A stretch of 64,000 bases of DNA from the human T2T-CHM13v2.0 reference genome, Homo sapiens (GCF_009914755.1 NC_060935.1); one strand, 5' to 3'; positions 37,432-50,369 are shown, counted from the stretch's first letter. Notes: generated by a model from the sequence alone, not told the origin. Translations and numbers: made by a program.

Positions 37432-37850
37432 CTTTAGTCCATTTCTTCCTAGCACCAGACATCATGCCTGAATTAGCTACGAAAGACATTTGTTACAGAA
37501 AATCCTTGTGAGGGAAAATGAGGATAGACTGGAGGAGGCTGGGGGAGCCCTCAGACTATGATGCAGGTCTGATCTCTGTGAAGGATAAGGGACAGGCAGG
37601 AGGAAGTGGTCAGAAATTGTTGTCAGGGTTGACAGAAAGTTCTGCAGCTCTCAGGGATGGGTGTCTTAATATTCCTGATACAATTATTGGTACTGGTCGG
37701 GGTCAACCTGTGGAAAGTGTAGCCCATGGGAAGCATGGAGACTTGATGTGTACAGAGTGGTGGATGTGGCCACTGGGGGACTGGAGGACCCCAGTCAATT
37801 GTATATTCATAGTAGGATTGCTAAGAGGTGCATTTTATATTTTCATGATA
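37432..37850 (-). mobile_element. ERVL-class LTR (LTR40/41/16-like, subfamily unresolved); probable 5' LTR of the adjacent remnant
   Basis: GGAGGCTGGGGGAGCCCTCAGACTATGATGCAGGTCTGATCTCTGTGAAGGA. On the minus strand it is followed by TGGTACCAGAGTGG, like the ERVL post-LTR/PBS region. Confidence 0.6.
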
Positions 37851-38059
37851 AACACAACTCTGTTCTAAGCCCTGGGGACACAAGAGTGAGCAAGAAAGAT
37901 ATGGTATCTGCTTCAGGGAGCATACAGTCTAGTGGGGGACAGTTAAGCAGTCACAGCTTAGTGTAACAAGTGCCATGAAGTACAGAGGCAGTGGTTTCCA
38001 GCCCAGCGTTGGGTGAGGGGGAGCAGGGCTCAGGGAGAAATTCCTCAGGGGCCATCCTG

Positions 38060-38295
38060 TGTGGTAGTAAAGAGCCCAGACTTTGCATGGATTTCAATGC
38101 AAACCTCTCTACTCTCTAGTTCCGTGCCCTTGGGAAAGCTTATAACCTCTTTGTGCCCCAGTGTTCTCATCTACAATGTGGAAGAATGTAGTACCTACCT
38201 CATACGCAGTTGTAGTGATAAAATCCCATAATATCTCTATAGACCACTTAGAAAGGCAGAGGCACACAGTGCCCAAGCACATTACTTGTTATAGT
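38060..38295 (+). mobile_element. MIR
   Basis: TGTGGTAGTAAAGAGCCCAGACTTTG..CCTTGGGAAAG..CCCAGTGTTCTCATCTACAA..GTACCTACCTCATA. Confidence 0.75.
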
Positions 38296-38584
38296 ACAAA
38301 GTTTGATGGGACTGAGGGTAGCTCTGAGGCTGGAGATGTGAGCTGGCCAGTTCACAGACAGCCTCATCTGCCAAACTATCCTCTGTTCATTTTCCAGGAG
38401 TCAGGAAGCAGCAATGCAAGCCCAAAGGGAACTTGCCATCAGTGGCTTTATGATATCACAGGGATGGCACCTCCAACCTGCTATCAGCTGGCACTGTAGA
38501 TAGAAAACCTGCTCTGGTCCTCAGGCTGGGAGTCTCTGCTCTTTCCAGGCATTATCAGTTCTTGTACCAAGTCCTTTTCATACA

Positions 38585-38701
38585 GGAAGTGTCCAAGCAA
38601 ATGTAGCACACACTCCCCTGTTAAAACCTGAAAGTAATGACAAGGTTGTTCCAGCTTATGCTCAGCCAGTCTGTCACTGACCTGGGTCAGGCTGTCCTTC
38701 C
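38585..38701 (+). repeat. Copy 2 of 117-bp dispersed direct duplication
   Basis: See 36766-36882. Confidence 0.95.
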
Positions 38702-39135
38702 CAGATGAAAGGATCAGGTGACCCTTACCTGCACAAGTGGACTCTGGGGCCTGTATTACTTTTATTTCTTTTTTCTTCTCTTGCTATTTGAAGTTTGCCT
38801 AGCCCACACCTGCCTGACAGCCTTGGGTTTCAAGACCAGATTTGTCGATATCCCCTAACAATCTGTGAGGTCTGAAAGGCTTGCAACATCATTTTTATTA
38901 CTTTTAAAAACTTTCAGTAACCAATTTGCAAGAATTTTCTTTGTGGTAGCTTCTGATATTAGATGGCCCAGGAATCTATATGCCCCAGGGGCTTAAACCC
39001 CTCTGATGAAATACGTGTTATAAGATTTTTGTTTTCAGTCGAAGACCATTTTATAACAAGAGGCAGGTGAACAAAATATCATTTCACTTAGACTCTGACC
39101 TGAATTGTGATTGCCTAACTTTTTTTTTTCTTCAG

Positions 39136-39278
39136 TTTTCAACTTCACTCCACAGAGTTCAAGTTGCCAGAATTACCAAGGCCTCTTTCACTTCTTGGAG
39201 CTCTAATAGGAAGAGGGAGACATTACAGCTCAGGATACAGTGCATGTGCATTCCTGCGGCGGAATGAGGGGAAGGAGG
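39136..39278 (+). other. Candidate exon with near-consensus splice signals
   Basis: Branch point CCTAAC, T-run, cttcag| acceptor; donor AGG|gtaagg; 143 nt. Confidence 0.3.
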
Positions 39279-39289
39279 GTAAGGGAACT

Positions 39290-41845
39290 TCTAGTTATTG
39301 AGCGTCTACAATGAACCAGTCACTCTGCCAGATAGTTTATATTTATTCTCTCAGTTAATCCTCATAACCTCTCTTTGAGTTGTGTATTCTGACCTTTGTT
39401 TCATGTAAGAGCAAATAGAGATTCAGGAAAAATAAATACCTTGACCATTATCCCACTGGTAGAAAGGGGCAGATTTGGTGTTTGAGCTCCAAATCGTCTC
39501 CATCCTCTTTCCCCTAGTCAACCCAATCGATTTTACTACTTTTGCCCAATGACCTCCATCCTACTACTTGTCATCCGGTATTAAAACTTGTTAGCTCCTC
39601 CTTTTATTAAAACCTTTTATCCTCATCCAATTGTCAGGTCCTGGCGTTTCTGTCTTCACTGCATTTCCCTTGTTTGCAACCTATCCTTGTTGACACCCTG
39701 CTGGCTCAGACTCTTCTCTTGAAATAACTACAATAATTGCTTATGTAATCCTCCTCTTTTCAGTCTCCATCTTTGTAATTCATACTGTAGAAGGATTTTC
39801 CTAAAATTGTGTTCTGAAATTACCACTCCCCTGCTCAAAATCTTCAGTACTCTTCCCTGACAATGGCAAACAATCCCAAATCCCTAGTTTGACATTTAAG
39901 AGCCTCTGCAGTGAGTCCCCAGCCCACCCCTTCTCTCTCATCTCTCATGATTCTTTTCAACATGAAACCTCCATTTCATGCAGACTGATCTACTTGCCAC
40001 CTCCAGAGCATACCTGGAGCATTCCTGCCTCATGGCCTCTGTGCCATCCTCTCTCAGATACTCTTCTGTGTCCCCTCCTACCATAACTCACCCCCTAGTC
40101 ACCAGTTGAAAATGTTCTTACATTTTTTGGAAGCCCCTCTGTACTTGTACGTCTGTACTGAGCAAAGACCACTGAAAATGTTGGCTGCCTTTTTCACAGG
40201 TAAGGCCATTTTCCCTGAGACTTGGTAAATGTTTGAAGATAAGAACATGAATTTCTCCCTAATTCCCTTCCTCCAACTGTGTCTATCATAAAAACCAGGT
40301 GCATTGTAGGTACTCAATCAAAATAAGCTAGTGACTTATAAAGAACCAAAAAGGAATACTTTCTAAGGCATCGTGGTCAAACATCTAACTAGCTAATGCT
40401 CAAGGCCAGAGTCAGTAGAAAATGACAGTCCTGTTCTGAATCCTGAATCCAGAGGAAGTGTCTCCCTGAATTGCCACAGTAGCTACTTAAGTAGTTACTC
40501 CCTCCAACCTCTGTTCATGAAACTCTCCCAGCACTACAGGGTATCTTCCAAATATGCAGCTCTGATGATCTTACTCTTTGCTTCTGATGCCCTTCTCATT
40601 CTGTTTGATGACTTTTCTTCTTTGCTTCTTTTCCTCCACCCTTCTTATGCCTTCTAAAAGGCTACTTTGGGGAGGACAAGATCTGGCCTAATCAAGCTTT
40701 TGGGCAGTCACATTCCAGGTCCTTTTAATCAGGACAGCTGTCCTGACATATCCCAAAGAATTAGTGTAGTTTCCAGAGAGTGTGGGTCAAACTCCAGCTT
40801 TATTGAGTAACGAGAGTTTGTTTCAGAGAAGACATAGAAGAGTGACAGTGACAGTAGAGTGCTGCTGAGTTTTGATTTTGTAAATGCTGGTTCCTTTTTT
40901 TTCCTGTTTTTGTTTTTGTTTTTACCTCTATCAACCTACAAAGATATGTGGCTTCATTTCCCACAAACTTTTCTCACAATGAGACAATGCATGGGGATAT
41001 AGGGCAGGAAAGACATAGGCCAGCTACTGTGGGTTGCATTGAAATATTTGTTAATTTTGTTTTTTGGTTCCCAGACCTATTTATTTCTGCCTTCAGCTTT
41101 AGCTCTAGGCCTGGATTAATTTTCTTGATGAGGTGACTATTTATCATTAGAACAATTCATCACGTACTCTGAAAGGCCTGTGTAACTATACAAACGTGGG
41201 CAGGGCCCATCAATGTAAGAGTAACTGGAATTTGGACAGCATGCCTCAGACTCCAAAGCACTTTTATGTATATTGTTATAGCCAATCCTTGTATCAACTC
41301 TGTGAAGTAGGCCTTACCATATTTGGAAATTGAGGTAAGGAGTGGGGAAAAAGAACTCTACGTTATTCATAGGCTTATTATGTACCAGGCACTGTGAGGT
41401 GCTTTTATATATCATCTTACTAAATCCTCACAACTCCTCTAGGAAGTTAAGGATTAATATCTATATGTTAATTTAGATAACATGGTGCATGCATCCCTGG
41501 AGAGAGAGCCCTATAAACTCTTGTTTACACTGTCCCATGTAAAGCACCATACTAAGTGTTTTATGTGCATTCTCCCATTTATTCCTCATTAGCTTTCACA
41601 CCATTCCCATGTAACTGATGGGATAAGAGCCACTGAGAAGTTTAATAACTTGTTGAAGGTTACACAGCTATTAAGTAACAGGGTTAGGATGTCTACTTAG
41701 GTTTGTGGACATCAAAGCCCAACTCTTTTCATTTCTCCACTAACGACTATGCTGAGGTCACCTACCTGGTGGGTAGAAAATTCAGGATTTCAACCCATGA
41801 CCTCGGATTCCAACCTAGGCTCATTCTTCTCCACTGCACTGCTGC
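39290..41845. mobile_element. Scattered MIR (-: ~39290-39490, ~41220-41845 partly nested) and L2 (+: ~39590-40320) fragments
   Basis: TTAATCCTCATAACC; CCACTCCCCTGCTCAAAATCTTCAGT; GTAGGTACTCAAT; TATGTACCAGGCACTGTG; GAAGGTTACACAGCTATTAAGT. Confidence 0.55.
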
Positions 41846-42280
41846 TTCCAACTCAAGAAAGACAACTGTGATACAGTTTCCTAAACACTGTGCTGATGTC
41901 TAGCTTGAGAAAGTAATGCAATTTTTATAGGTCCAAGGACAAATGAGAAAAATGAATTCATTCAATTTAAATAATTCCTCTTTATTCTGAGATTATGCTC
42001 TTTCAACTTTTGTAGGTGTTAAATGTACCTTATTTTGCAAAATAATGATATAAGGTGGAGGCTTTTTTGTCCTATTTTAAAATGAGACTCTTTTTTCACA
42101 AATAAAATGTTAGACAAGATGCCATAGACTCAAATTTCCCTGCTCTTCTCCTCTAAATACAACTAAGTACCCTGTAAATAGTTCAACATAGAGCCATAAA
42201 AGGTTTCTGAAAGTTGTTAGGAAAGTGAACCTGCTAGAGACCTCAGGACCTGAAGAAAGACACCATGGTGAGTTCTCTGG

Positions 42281-43766
42281 TCTCTTAGTCTATTTTCTCT
42301 CTTCTGCTGCTATAACAGAATACCACAGACTGAGTAATCTACAAGGAATATAAATTTATTTGGTTCGCAGTTTTGGAGACAGGGAAGTCCGAGAGCATTG
42401 TACTGACATCTGGCAAGGGTCGTCCCCAAATGGAAGGCAAAAGAGCGGGAGAGCACATATGAAATAGAAAGCATAAGGGGCCAGGCTTGCTTTTATAACT
42501 ATTCACTCTTCTGATAACAGACCCACTCCCATATTAACTACATTAACCCATTCATGAGGGCTCCACCCTCATGACCCAATCATCTCTTATTGGAGACTAT
42601 CTCCCAATGCTGTTACATTGGGGATTAAGTTTGCAACATGTTAATTTTCAGGGGCACATTCAAACCATAGCACTTTGCCTCAGGCACCCAAAATTTACGT
42701 CCTCACAATGCAATATGCATTCATTTCATCCCCAAAGTCCCCAAAGCCTTAACTCATTCCAACACCAACTCAAAAGTTCAAAGTCCAGAGTCTCATCTAA
42801 ATCAGATATGGGTGAGACTTTGGGCATGACCCATCTTAAGGCAAATTCCTTCCAGCTGTGAGCCTGTGAAATCAAAACAAGTTATCTCATTCCAAAATAA
42901 AATAATGAGAAAGGCACAGGACAGACATTCTCACTCCAAATGGGAGAAAGAGCCAAGAAGAAAGGGAGAACTCGTGCTCAGTAAGTCTAAAACCCAACAG
43001 GAAAACAATATTAAGCCTTAAAGCTGGAGAATAATCTCCTTTGATTCTATGTCCCACAACCTGAGCACACTGATATGGGGGTTTGACCATCAGGGCCTTG
43101 GACATCCCAAACCTCATGGCTTTGCTGGGCTCAGTCCACATTTCAGCCCTCTCAGGTTGGCATTGCACAATCACAGCTCTATAGTTCTGGGGTCTTCTTC
43201 TGTACTCACCAGAATTGCCCTCAGTGCTCTGTTCATGGCAATATAGTCTTTTTCTAGCCTCCTTCTTCAAATTCTTCCAACCTCTACCCATTATCCATTA
43301 CCCAGTTCCAAAGTTGCTTCCACATTTTCAGATATTGTTATAGCAACAAATCCACTTTAAGTACCAATTTTATGTCTTAGTCTATTTTCTGCTGCTATAA
43401 CAGAATACCACAGACTGGGTAATTTATACAGAATAGAAGTTTATTTGGCTCACAGTTCTGGAGGTTGGGAAGTTCAAGAGCATGGTGCTGGAATCCGGTG
43501 AGGGGATTCTTTCTTTATCCTCCCATAATAGAAGTCAGAAAGGCAAGAGAAGAAGTATAAGAAAGCATGAGGGGCTGGGTTTGTTTTTATAACAACTCAC
43601 TGTCATGATAACTGACCCACTCCCACATTAACTACATTAAATTGTCCATAAGAGCTCTGCCCTCATGACCCAATTACCTCTTATCAGGCCCCACCTCCCA
43701 ACACTGTTGCACTGGAGATTAAATTTCCAACATGAAAATTTTGGGGGCTACATTTAAACCATAGCA
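42281..43766 (-). mobile_element. Two-LTR MaLR provirus (MSTC/MSTD-like): LTRs 42281-42672 and 43373-43766, ~700-bp internal region, 5-bp TSD TCTGG
   Basis: Both LTRs run TCTTAGTCTATTTTCT..GCTATAACAGAATACCACAGACTG to AAACCATAGCA. Internal CAGCTGTGAGCCTGTGAAATCAAAACAAGTTA. TCTGG at 42276-42280 and 43767-43771. Confidence 0.9.
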
Positions 43767-44569
43767 TCTGGGTTTTCCTTTTACTTCTTATATCTTGGAT
43801 TTGGTACTCAAGAGACTCGAACCTGAAAGAGTCAACAGGCATAGACAAATACTGCCAGATAAGGCAAAAGAAGAGAAGCCCAAGAAAGGGAAAGTCAAGA
43901 AGGGACTTAGCAGGGAGATCCACATCCAGTATTGTTGGTGGAGCTGGGAGGTGGGGAGGGATTCCTCACATAACTCACAGCAGACACACCTCTTCCTGGA
44001 CCAGCAGGCTTGGTGTCTCTTCATTCTCAGTACCAGAGAGCCATCCACACCTGGGGGCTCCTGGGCCACCATCCAGTGGCTGGAAAAGATTGAGGTAAGG
44101 TTTTCCTGCCTCTGGGAGGACCAGCAGAGCACCAGCACCATGTGGCTAGAGAATAGGCTGGGGAAAATGCTCCATCTTATCAGTCTGCTATCTTTCAGCC
44201 TCTACATAATGTCACCAAGTTGTCCAGGGAAGTATGCCTCATAGGTGGCACCAGCAGGCATTAATTGGAAACTCAGTCAGAGCCAGAAGAACAAAGCAGT
44301 CCCGGACAGCATTGCAAGGGCTCAGAAAAATAAATTGTTGCTGGAACTGTAGCTTACACAAGTAGGCCACAACCTGCAGGCTAAACCTAAATAGGGTGAC
44401 TGCCAACTAAAATGAAATGTTTAAATAGGGTCAAGAATCTTCTAAATATCTAAAATGTGCAGAATATAACTGAAAATCATTTAATATCAAGAACCAAGAA
44501 AATCACGACCAAAATGAAGAAAGATAATCAACTAATGTCAATATTGAGATGACACAGATGATGAAACTA

Positions 44570-44939
<370 letters not shown>

Positions 44940-45442
44940 ATCAAATGGAAATTATAGAAGTGAGAAATGCAATAGCCAAAATAAAATATTCACTGGATGG
45001 GCTCAATAGCAGAGTTGAGATGACAGAATCAGTGAATTTGAGAACAGGTCAATAGAATTAACTCATTCTGAACCTCAGTGAGAAAACGGACTAAAAAAAT
45101 ATTAACAGAGCTTCAGGGTCCTGTGGGACAACAAAATATCTAACATTCATATCATCAGAACCCCAGGATGAGAAATAATGTGGGGTTTAAAACCATTAGA
45201 AACATAATGGCTGAAAACCTCCCAAATTAGGCAAAAAATGTGAATTTACAGATTCAAGAAGCTGAACAAATCCCAAATAAGATAAACCCAAAGAAATCCA
45301 TGCCATCACATATTGTAAAACTTTTATAAACTAAAAACTAGGAAAAAAATCTTAAAACAACTAAAGAGAATTGAATCATGCATTGTTTATATGGGAATAC
45401 CAATCAGAATTTTGATTTCTTATTCAGAAAAAAAGTGGCACA

Positions 45443-45729
45443 GGCCAGGCTCGGTGGCTCATGCCTATAATCCCAGCACTTTAGGAGGCCGAGGTGGGTG
45501 GATAACGTGAGGTCAGGAGTTCAAGACCAGCCTGGCCAACATGGTGAAACACTGTCTCCATTAAACATACAAAAATTATCTGGGTGTGGTGGTGCACGCC
45601 TGTAGTCCCAGCTACCCGGGAGGCTGAGGCGGAAGAATCTCTTAAAGCTGGGAAGTGGAGGTTGCAGCAAGCCGAGATCCAGCCACTGCACTCCAGCCTG
45701 GGTGACAAAGCAAGACTCTGTCTCAAAAT

Positions 45730-45730
<1 letters not shown>
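45443..45730 (+). mobile_element. AluS (Sx-like)
   Basis: GGCCAGGCTCGGTGGCTCATGCC..GAGGTCAGGAGTTCAAGACCAGCCTGGCCAACATGGTG..GACTCTGTCTCAAAA. Confidence 0.95.
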
Positions 45731-45804
<74 letters not shown>

Positions 45805-45874
45805 AGGAAGGAAGGAAGGAAGGAAGGAAGGAAGGAAGGAAGGAAGGAAGGAAGGAAGGAAGGAAAGAAAGAAA
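45731..45874 (+). repeat. Compound tetranucleotide STR (GAAA)18(GAAG)15(GAAA)3 derived from the Alu tail
   Basis: Units counted directly: GAAA 45731-45802, GAAG 45803-45862, GAAA 45863-45874. Confidence 0.97.
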
Positions 45875-48276
45875 GAAGTACATTTTTCAAGTACTGCAAA
45901 AAAGAACTGCCAGCTGCAAACTCTGTAACTGCTGTAACTATCCTTCAGGCATGAAGGGGAAATATAGATATTCTCAGACAAAAGAAAACTAAGAGAATTT
46001 GTCACTAGCAGTTCTACATTTGAAAAATGGCTAAAGGACGTTTTTACAACAGAAAGGAAATGATAGCAGAAGAAGGATTAAGCCTTTGAGGGGCGGGGGA
46101 CATAATGAAGTGGGTAAAGATAGGGATCAATATAATGGACTATCCTATCCTTCTCGTGCATTTCTTAAATCATATATGATTATTGAAATAATGTGACAAC
46201 AACACCTGTTGTGGTGCTCAATATATGTTAAAGAAATAGTTTAGAAAATTATATTTAAAGTGTGAGGATGGTAAAAAATTTTAAATGGAAGTAAAGTTTT
46301 AATGTTTTATTGAAAGTGATAAAATACAGATACTAGTTTTGGAAGTGATAAAATACAGATATTAGTAAACTGTGATAAGTCACATGTCTACCTAGTAATA
46401 TCTGTGATAACTACTAAGAAAACTATTAAAAACAATATATTCAAAAACAATATAAATAAAACATTATACAATCCTAACAAAAGTAAAGTAATCTAAAGGA
46501 AGGGAAGAAAAGAGAAAAAGAAGAATGAGAAACAGAGAAAAGAAAAGACAGAAAATAAATAATAAAATGTCAGATTTAAGCCTTAACATATCAATAATTA
46601 AATAATTACTTTAAATGTAAATGGTCTAAATACCAATAAGAAGACAGATATTGGCATGAGGAATTAAAAAAAAATCCAACTAGGTGCTCTCTATAAAAAG
46701 TTTATTTCCAATACAATGACATAGGTAGGTTAAGAGTAAAAGAATAGAACAAGATATGCCATACTAACATTAATTTTAAAAAAACAGGAGTGGCTGTAAT
46801 AACATCACATAAAGCATACTTCAGAGCCAGAAAAATGCTAGGGACAAAAGAGACATTATATAATGATAAAAGGATCAATCCACCAAGAAGATATAGTAAT
46901 CGTAAATGTGTATACACCAAATAAGAGAGCTTAAAAATACATGAAGCAAAAATAGATAAAGGTGAAAACAGAAATAAGCAAATCCACAATTATAGTTGAG
47001 AACTTTAGCACCCCACTCTCAGCCATTGATATAACTACTAGACAGAAAATTAACAAAGATATAAAAAAATTTGACAACACCATCAACCAATAGAATTTAA
47101 CTGACATTTATAGAACACTATACCAAACAACAACAGAATACACATTTTTTTAAGTGTCTATGGAACATTCACCAAGGTAGACCATATTATGAATTATAAA
47201 ACAAATCTACAAATTTAAAATAATTGAAACCATATAGAGTTTCTTTAAGTCACCACAATGAAATCAAACTAGAAATCAACTTAAAAAAAAGACAACAAGA
47301 ACATCTTCAGACTTTTGGAAATTAACACAATTCTAAATAATCCAGAGTCAAATAAGATGTCTCAAAGGAAATAAAGAAGCCCTTAAAACTGAATGAAAAT
47401 GAAAATACAACATATCATTTGTGGGATGCAGCTAAAGCAGTGCAGAAAGGGACATTTATAGCATTGAATGCTCACATTACAAAATGAGAAAGATCTGAAA
47501 TCAATAATTTAAGTTCATGCCTTAAAAAACTAGAAAAAAAGAGTAAAATACATTTAGTGCAAGCATAAGGAAAGGAATACTACTAGTAATAAAATAATAC
47601 GTAAAAATCAACAAAATGGAAAACAAAACTACAGTAAGAAAGAAAATCAGTGAAACCAAAACTTGATTCTTTAAAAAAAAATCGATGAGACTGACAAACT
47701 GATAAACTTCTAAAAAAATAGAGAAGACACATACTGCTAATATCAGAAATTAAACAGGGCCTATCACTACAGATCATACAGTCATTGAAAGGATAATAAG
47801 GGCATATTAAGAACAAATTAATGCTCATTAGTTTGCCAACTTAGAAGAAATGGACCAATTCACCAAAACCCACAAACTACCAAAACTCAACCAAGATGAA
47901 ATAAATAAACTGATTGGCTTTATAGCCACTTAAGAAATTAAAATTTTAATTTAAAAAGTCTTGAAAAGGAAATACTTAGGCCCAAATGGCATCACTAGAG
48001 AATCTTATCAAGCTTTAAAAAAAGAATTGACATCAATTTTAACAATCCCTTCCAGGAAATAGAAGATGAGACAATACTGCTGAACTTATTTTATGAGACC
48101 AGTGTTACCTTGATATTAAAGTCAAACAAAGCATATGCAGAAAGGAAACTATGGACCAATATCTCTCCTGAACTTAGATGCAGGAATCTTCAAAATAATA
48201 TTAGCAAATTAGATATAATTTTATATTAACATATGAAAAGGATTTTATTTATATATATAGAGAGAGAGATAGAGGA

Positions 48277-48308
<32 letters not shown>

Positions 48309-49869
48309 GGAGAGAGAGCAAGCGGGATTTATTCCAAGTACACAAGACTGGCTCAGCATTAAAAATCAATCTATCTAATCCACCATATCAATAGGCTAAA
48401 GAAGAAGAAGAATGTTATGATCATATCAATTTACGTAGCAAAAGCATTTAACAAAATCCAACACCTATTCATGATAAAAGCTAAGCAAGTTAGGAATAGA
48501 GGGAACTACCTCAACTTGATAAAGAGCATCCACAGAAAAAAGCCTACAGGTAATCTTAAGGAAGATTTTCACCATGCTTAATGGTGAAGGACTGAATGTT
48601 TTCTGCCTAAGACCAAAAATAAGGCAGTGATGTCTTTCACCTTTCTATTCAACATAGTACTGGAAGTTCTAGCTAGTGCACTAAGGCAAGAAAAAGAAAT
48701 AAAGGCATTCAGATTGGAAAAGAAGAAATAAAATTACCTGTATTTACAAATGGAATAATGGTCTACATAGAAAATCCCAAGGAACTTTAGAACTAATAAG
48801 TGAGTTCAGCAAGGTCGTAGGATAGAAGCTCAACAAGCAAACATCAATCACATTTCTATATACTAACAATGAACATGGGGAAACTGAAATCAAAAACATA
48901 ATACTGTTTATAATTGTTTCAAAGAAAATGAAATACTTTAGGTATAAATGTAACAAAACATGGATAGAATCTGTTGCTGATAATTACAAAATGCTGATGA
49001 GAGAAATCAAAGAAGATCTAAATAAATGAAGAGACACAGGATATTCAAGGATTAGAAGATTAGATGTAGTAAAATGTCATTCTCCCTAAGCTGATCTATA
49101 TGTTTACTGTAATTCCTGTAAAAATCACCAGCAAAGTTTTTGTAGATATAGATACAGAAAAACATTCTGAAATTTATATGGAAACATGAACCTCCTAGAA
49201 AAACTAAAATAATATTTAAAAAGAATATCGGGGGAAGAATCAGTCTACATGATATTAAGGCTGCAATAATCAAATCCATGTCATATTAGCAGAGGGATAA
49301 ACACATAGATCAATGGAACAGAATAGAGATCCCAGAATGATACCCACATAAATATTCTTAAATGTTTTTCAACAAAGATGTCAATGCAGTTTAATGGAGA
49401 AATAATAGACTTTTCACAAATGGTGCTGAAGTAATTTGATATACATAGGAAAAAAATAAAACTTAATCTAAACCTTACATCTTTTACAAAAAATAACTCA
49501 AAAGAGATTGTGGACTTAATGTAAAACACACTATAGCTTGCAAGATGTTCTCATTGAGATAAACTGGATAGGAAGTACGCAGAATTTCTCTGTATTATTT
49601 CTTGCAACCACATGTGAATCTATAAGTATGTCAAAGTAAAAATTTAATTAAAAAATAAAATGTTGACAATATTTTTAGTCCTCCAAATTATTTTAACCAT
49701 TTATCCAGATGAAATCCAGATATCTTAGAGTTCCTGACCTAAAGTACATAAAACAGTGATCTTGGGGAAAGAGTCCTGTTTTACATCAGAGTGGACATCT
49801 GTCTGTTTGCTTAGCTCCCATCAACTTGCTAGTGATCTGGTGATAGCAGGACCCAGCTAAAGAGTGCGG

Positions 49870-49891
49870 ATGAGTCAGCACAAGCCAATCC
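49870..49891 (+). promoter_or_regulatory. Consensus NF-E2/NRF2/BACH (ARE/AP-1) site next to a CCAAT box
   Basis: ATGAGTCAGCA 49870-49880, then AGCCAATC 49883-49890. Motif match only. Confidence 0.25.
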
Positions 49892-50369
49892 CTGTTGCTT
49901 TAAGAATATACAGATGAAAAGATTTTACTTTTTGATTTTGCTATGTGCCATATCCATCACCTCACTTCAGGCTCACAAGAACCCTATGAGGTAGTGACCG
50001 ACAAAGCTGGGCTTGCAGCCCCATCTTTCTGAATCCAGAGCGTGCTTTCTTAACTACTATATGTTACCACTCTGGGCCACTGTGCTTATACTGGACATAT
50101 GCCAGTTCTTTCTGTGCAACATTTGAAATGAAAATGAAAGAGCAATCCACCAAAGAAGACAATGTCCAACTGTCTGTACCCACCTCACAGCTGGAGCAGC
50201 CATGTTAGTGTGTTGCAATCCAGAAGCCACTGACTTTAGCCCCAAGAACACCAAGGACTTCTACATCTTAGCATGTAGGTATAATTCCACCTGCTTGAAT
50301 AGGAAAAGCAAGCATTTTCTGCGGTTATTGCTTTTATTCCTGGTTTCAGGGCAGTTGGCTTTTGTTTTT

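Noticed and set aside
43788-44244. 149-aa and 117-aa overlapping ORFs
   Set aside because: Lie in the 5' region of an ancient L1, begin at non-ATG codons or lack recognisable domains.
45481-46005. 174/120/114-aa ORFs with (FLPS)n, (FFLS)n and (KERK)n repeats
   Set aside because: Translations of an Alu plus a tetranucleotide STR.
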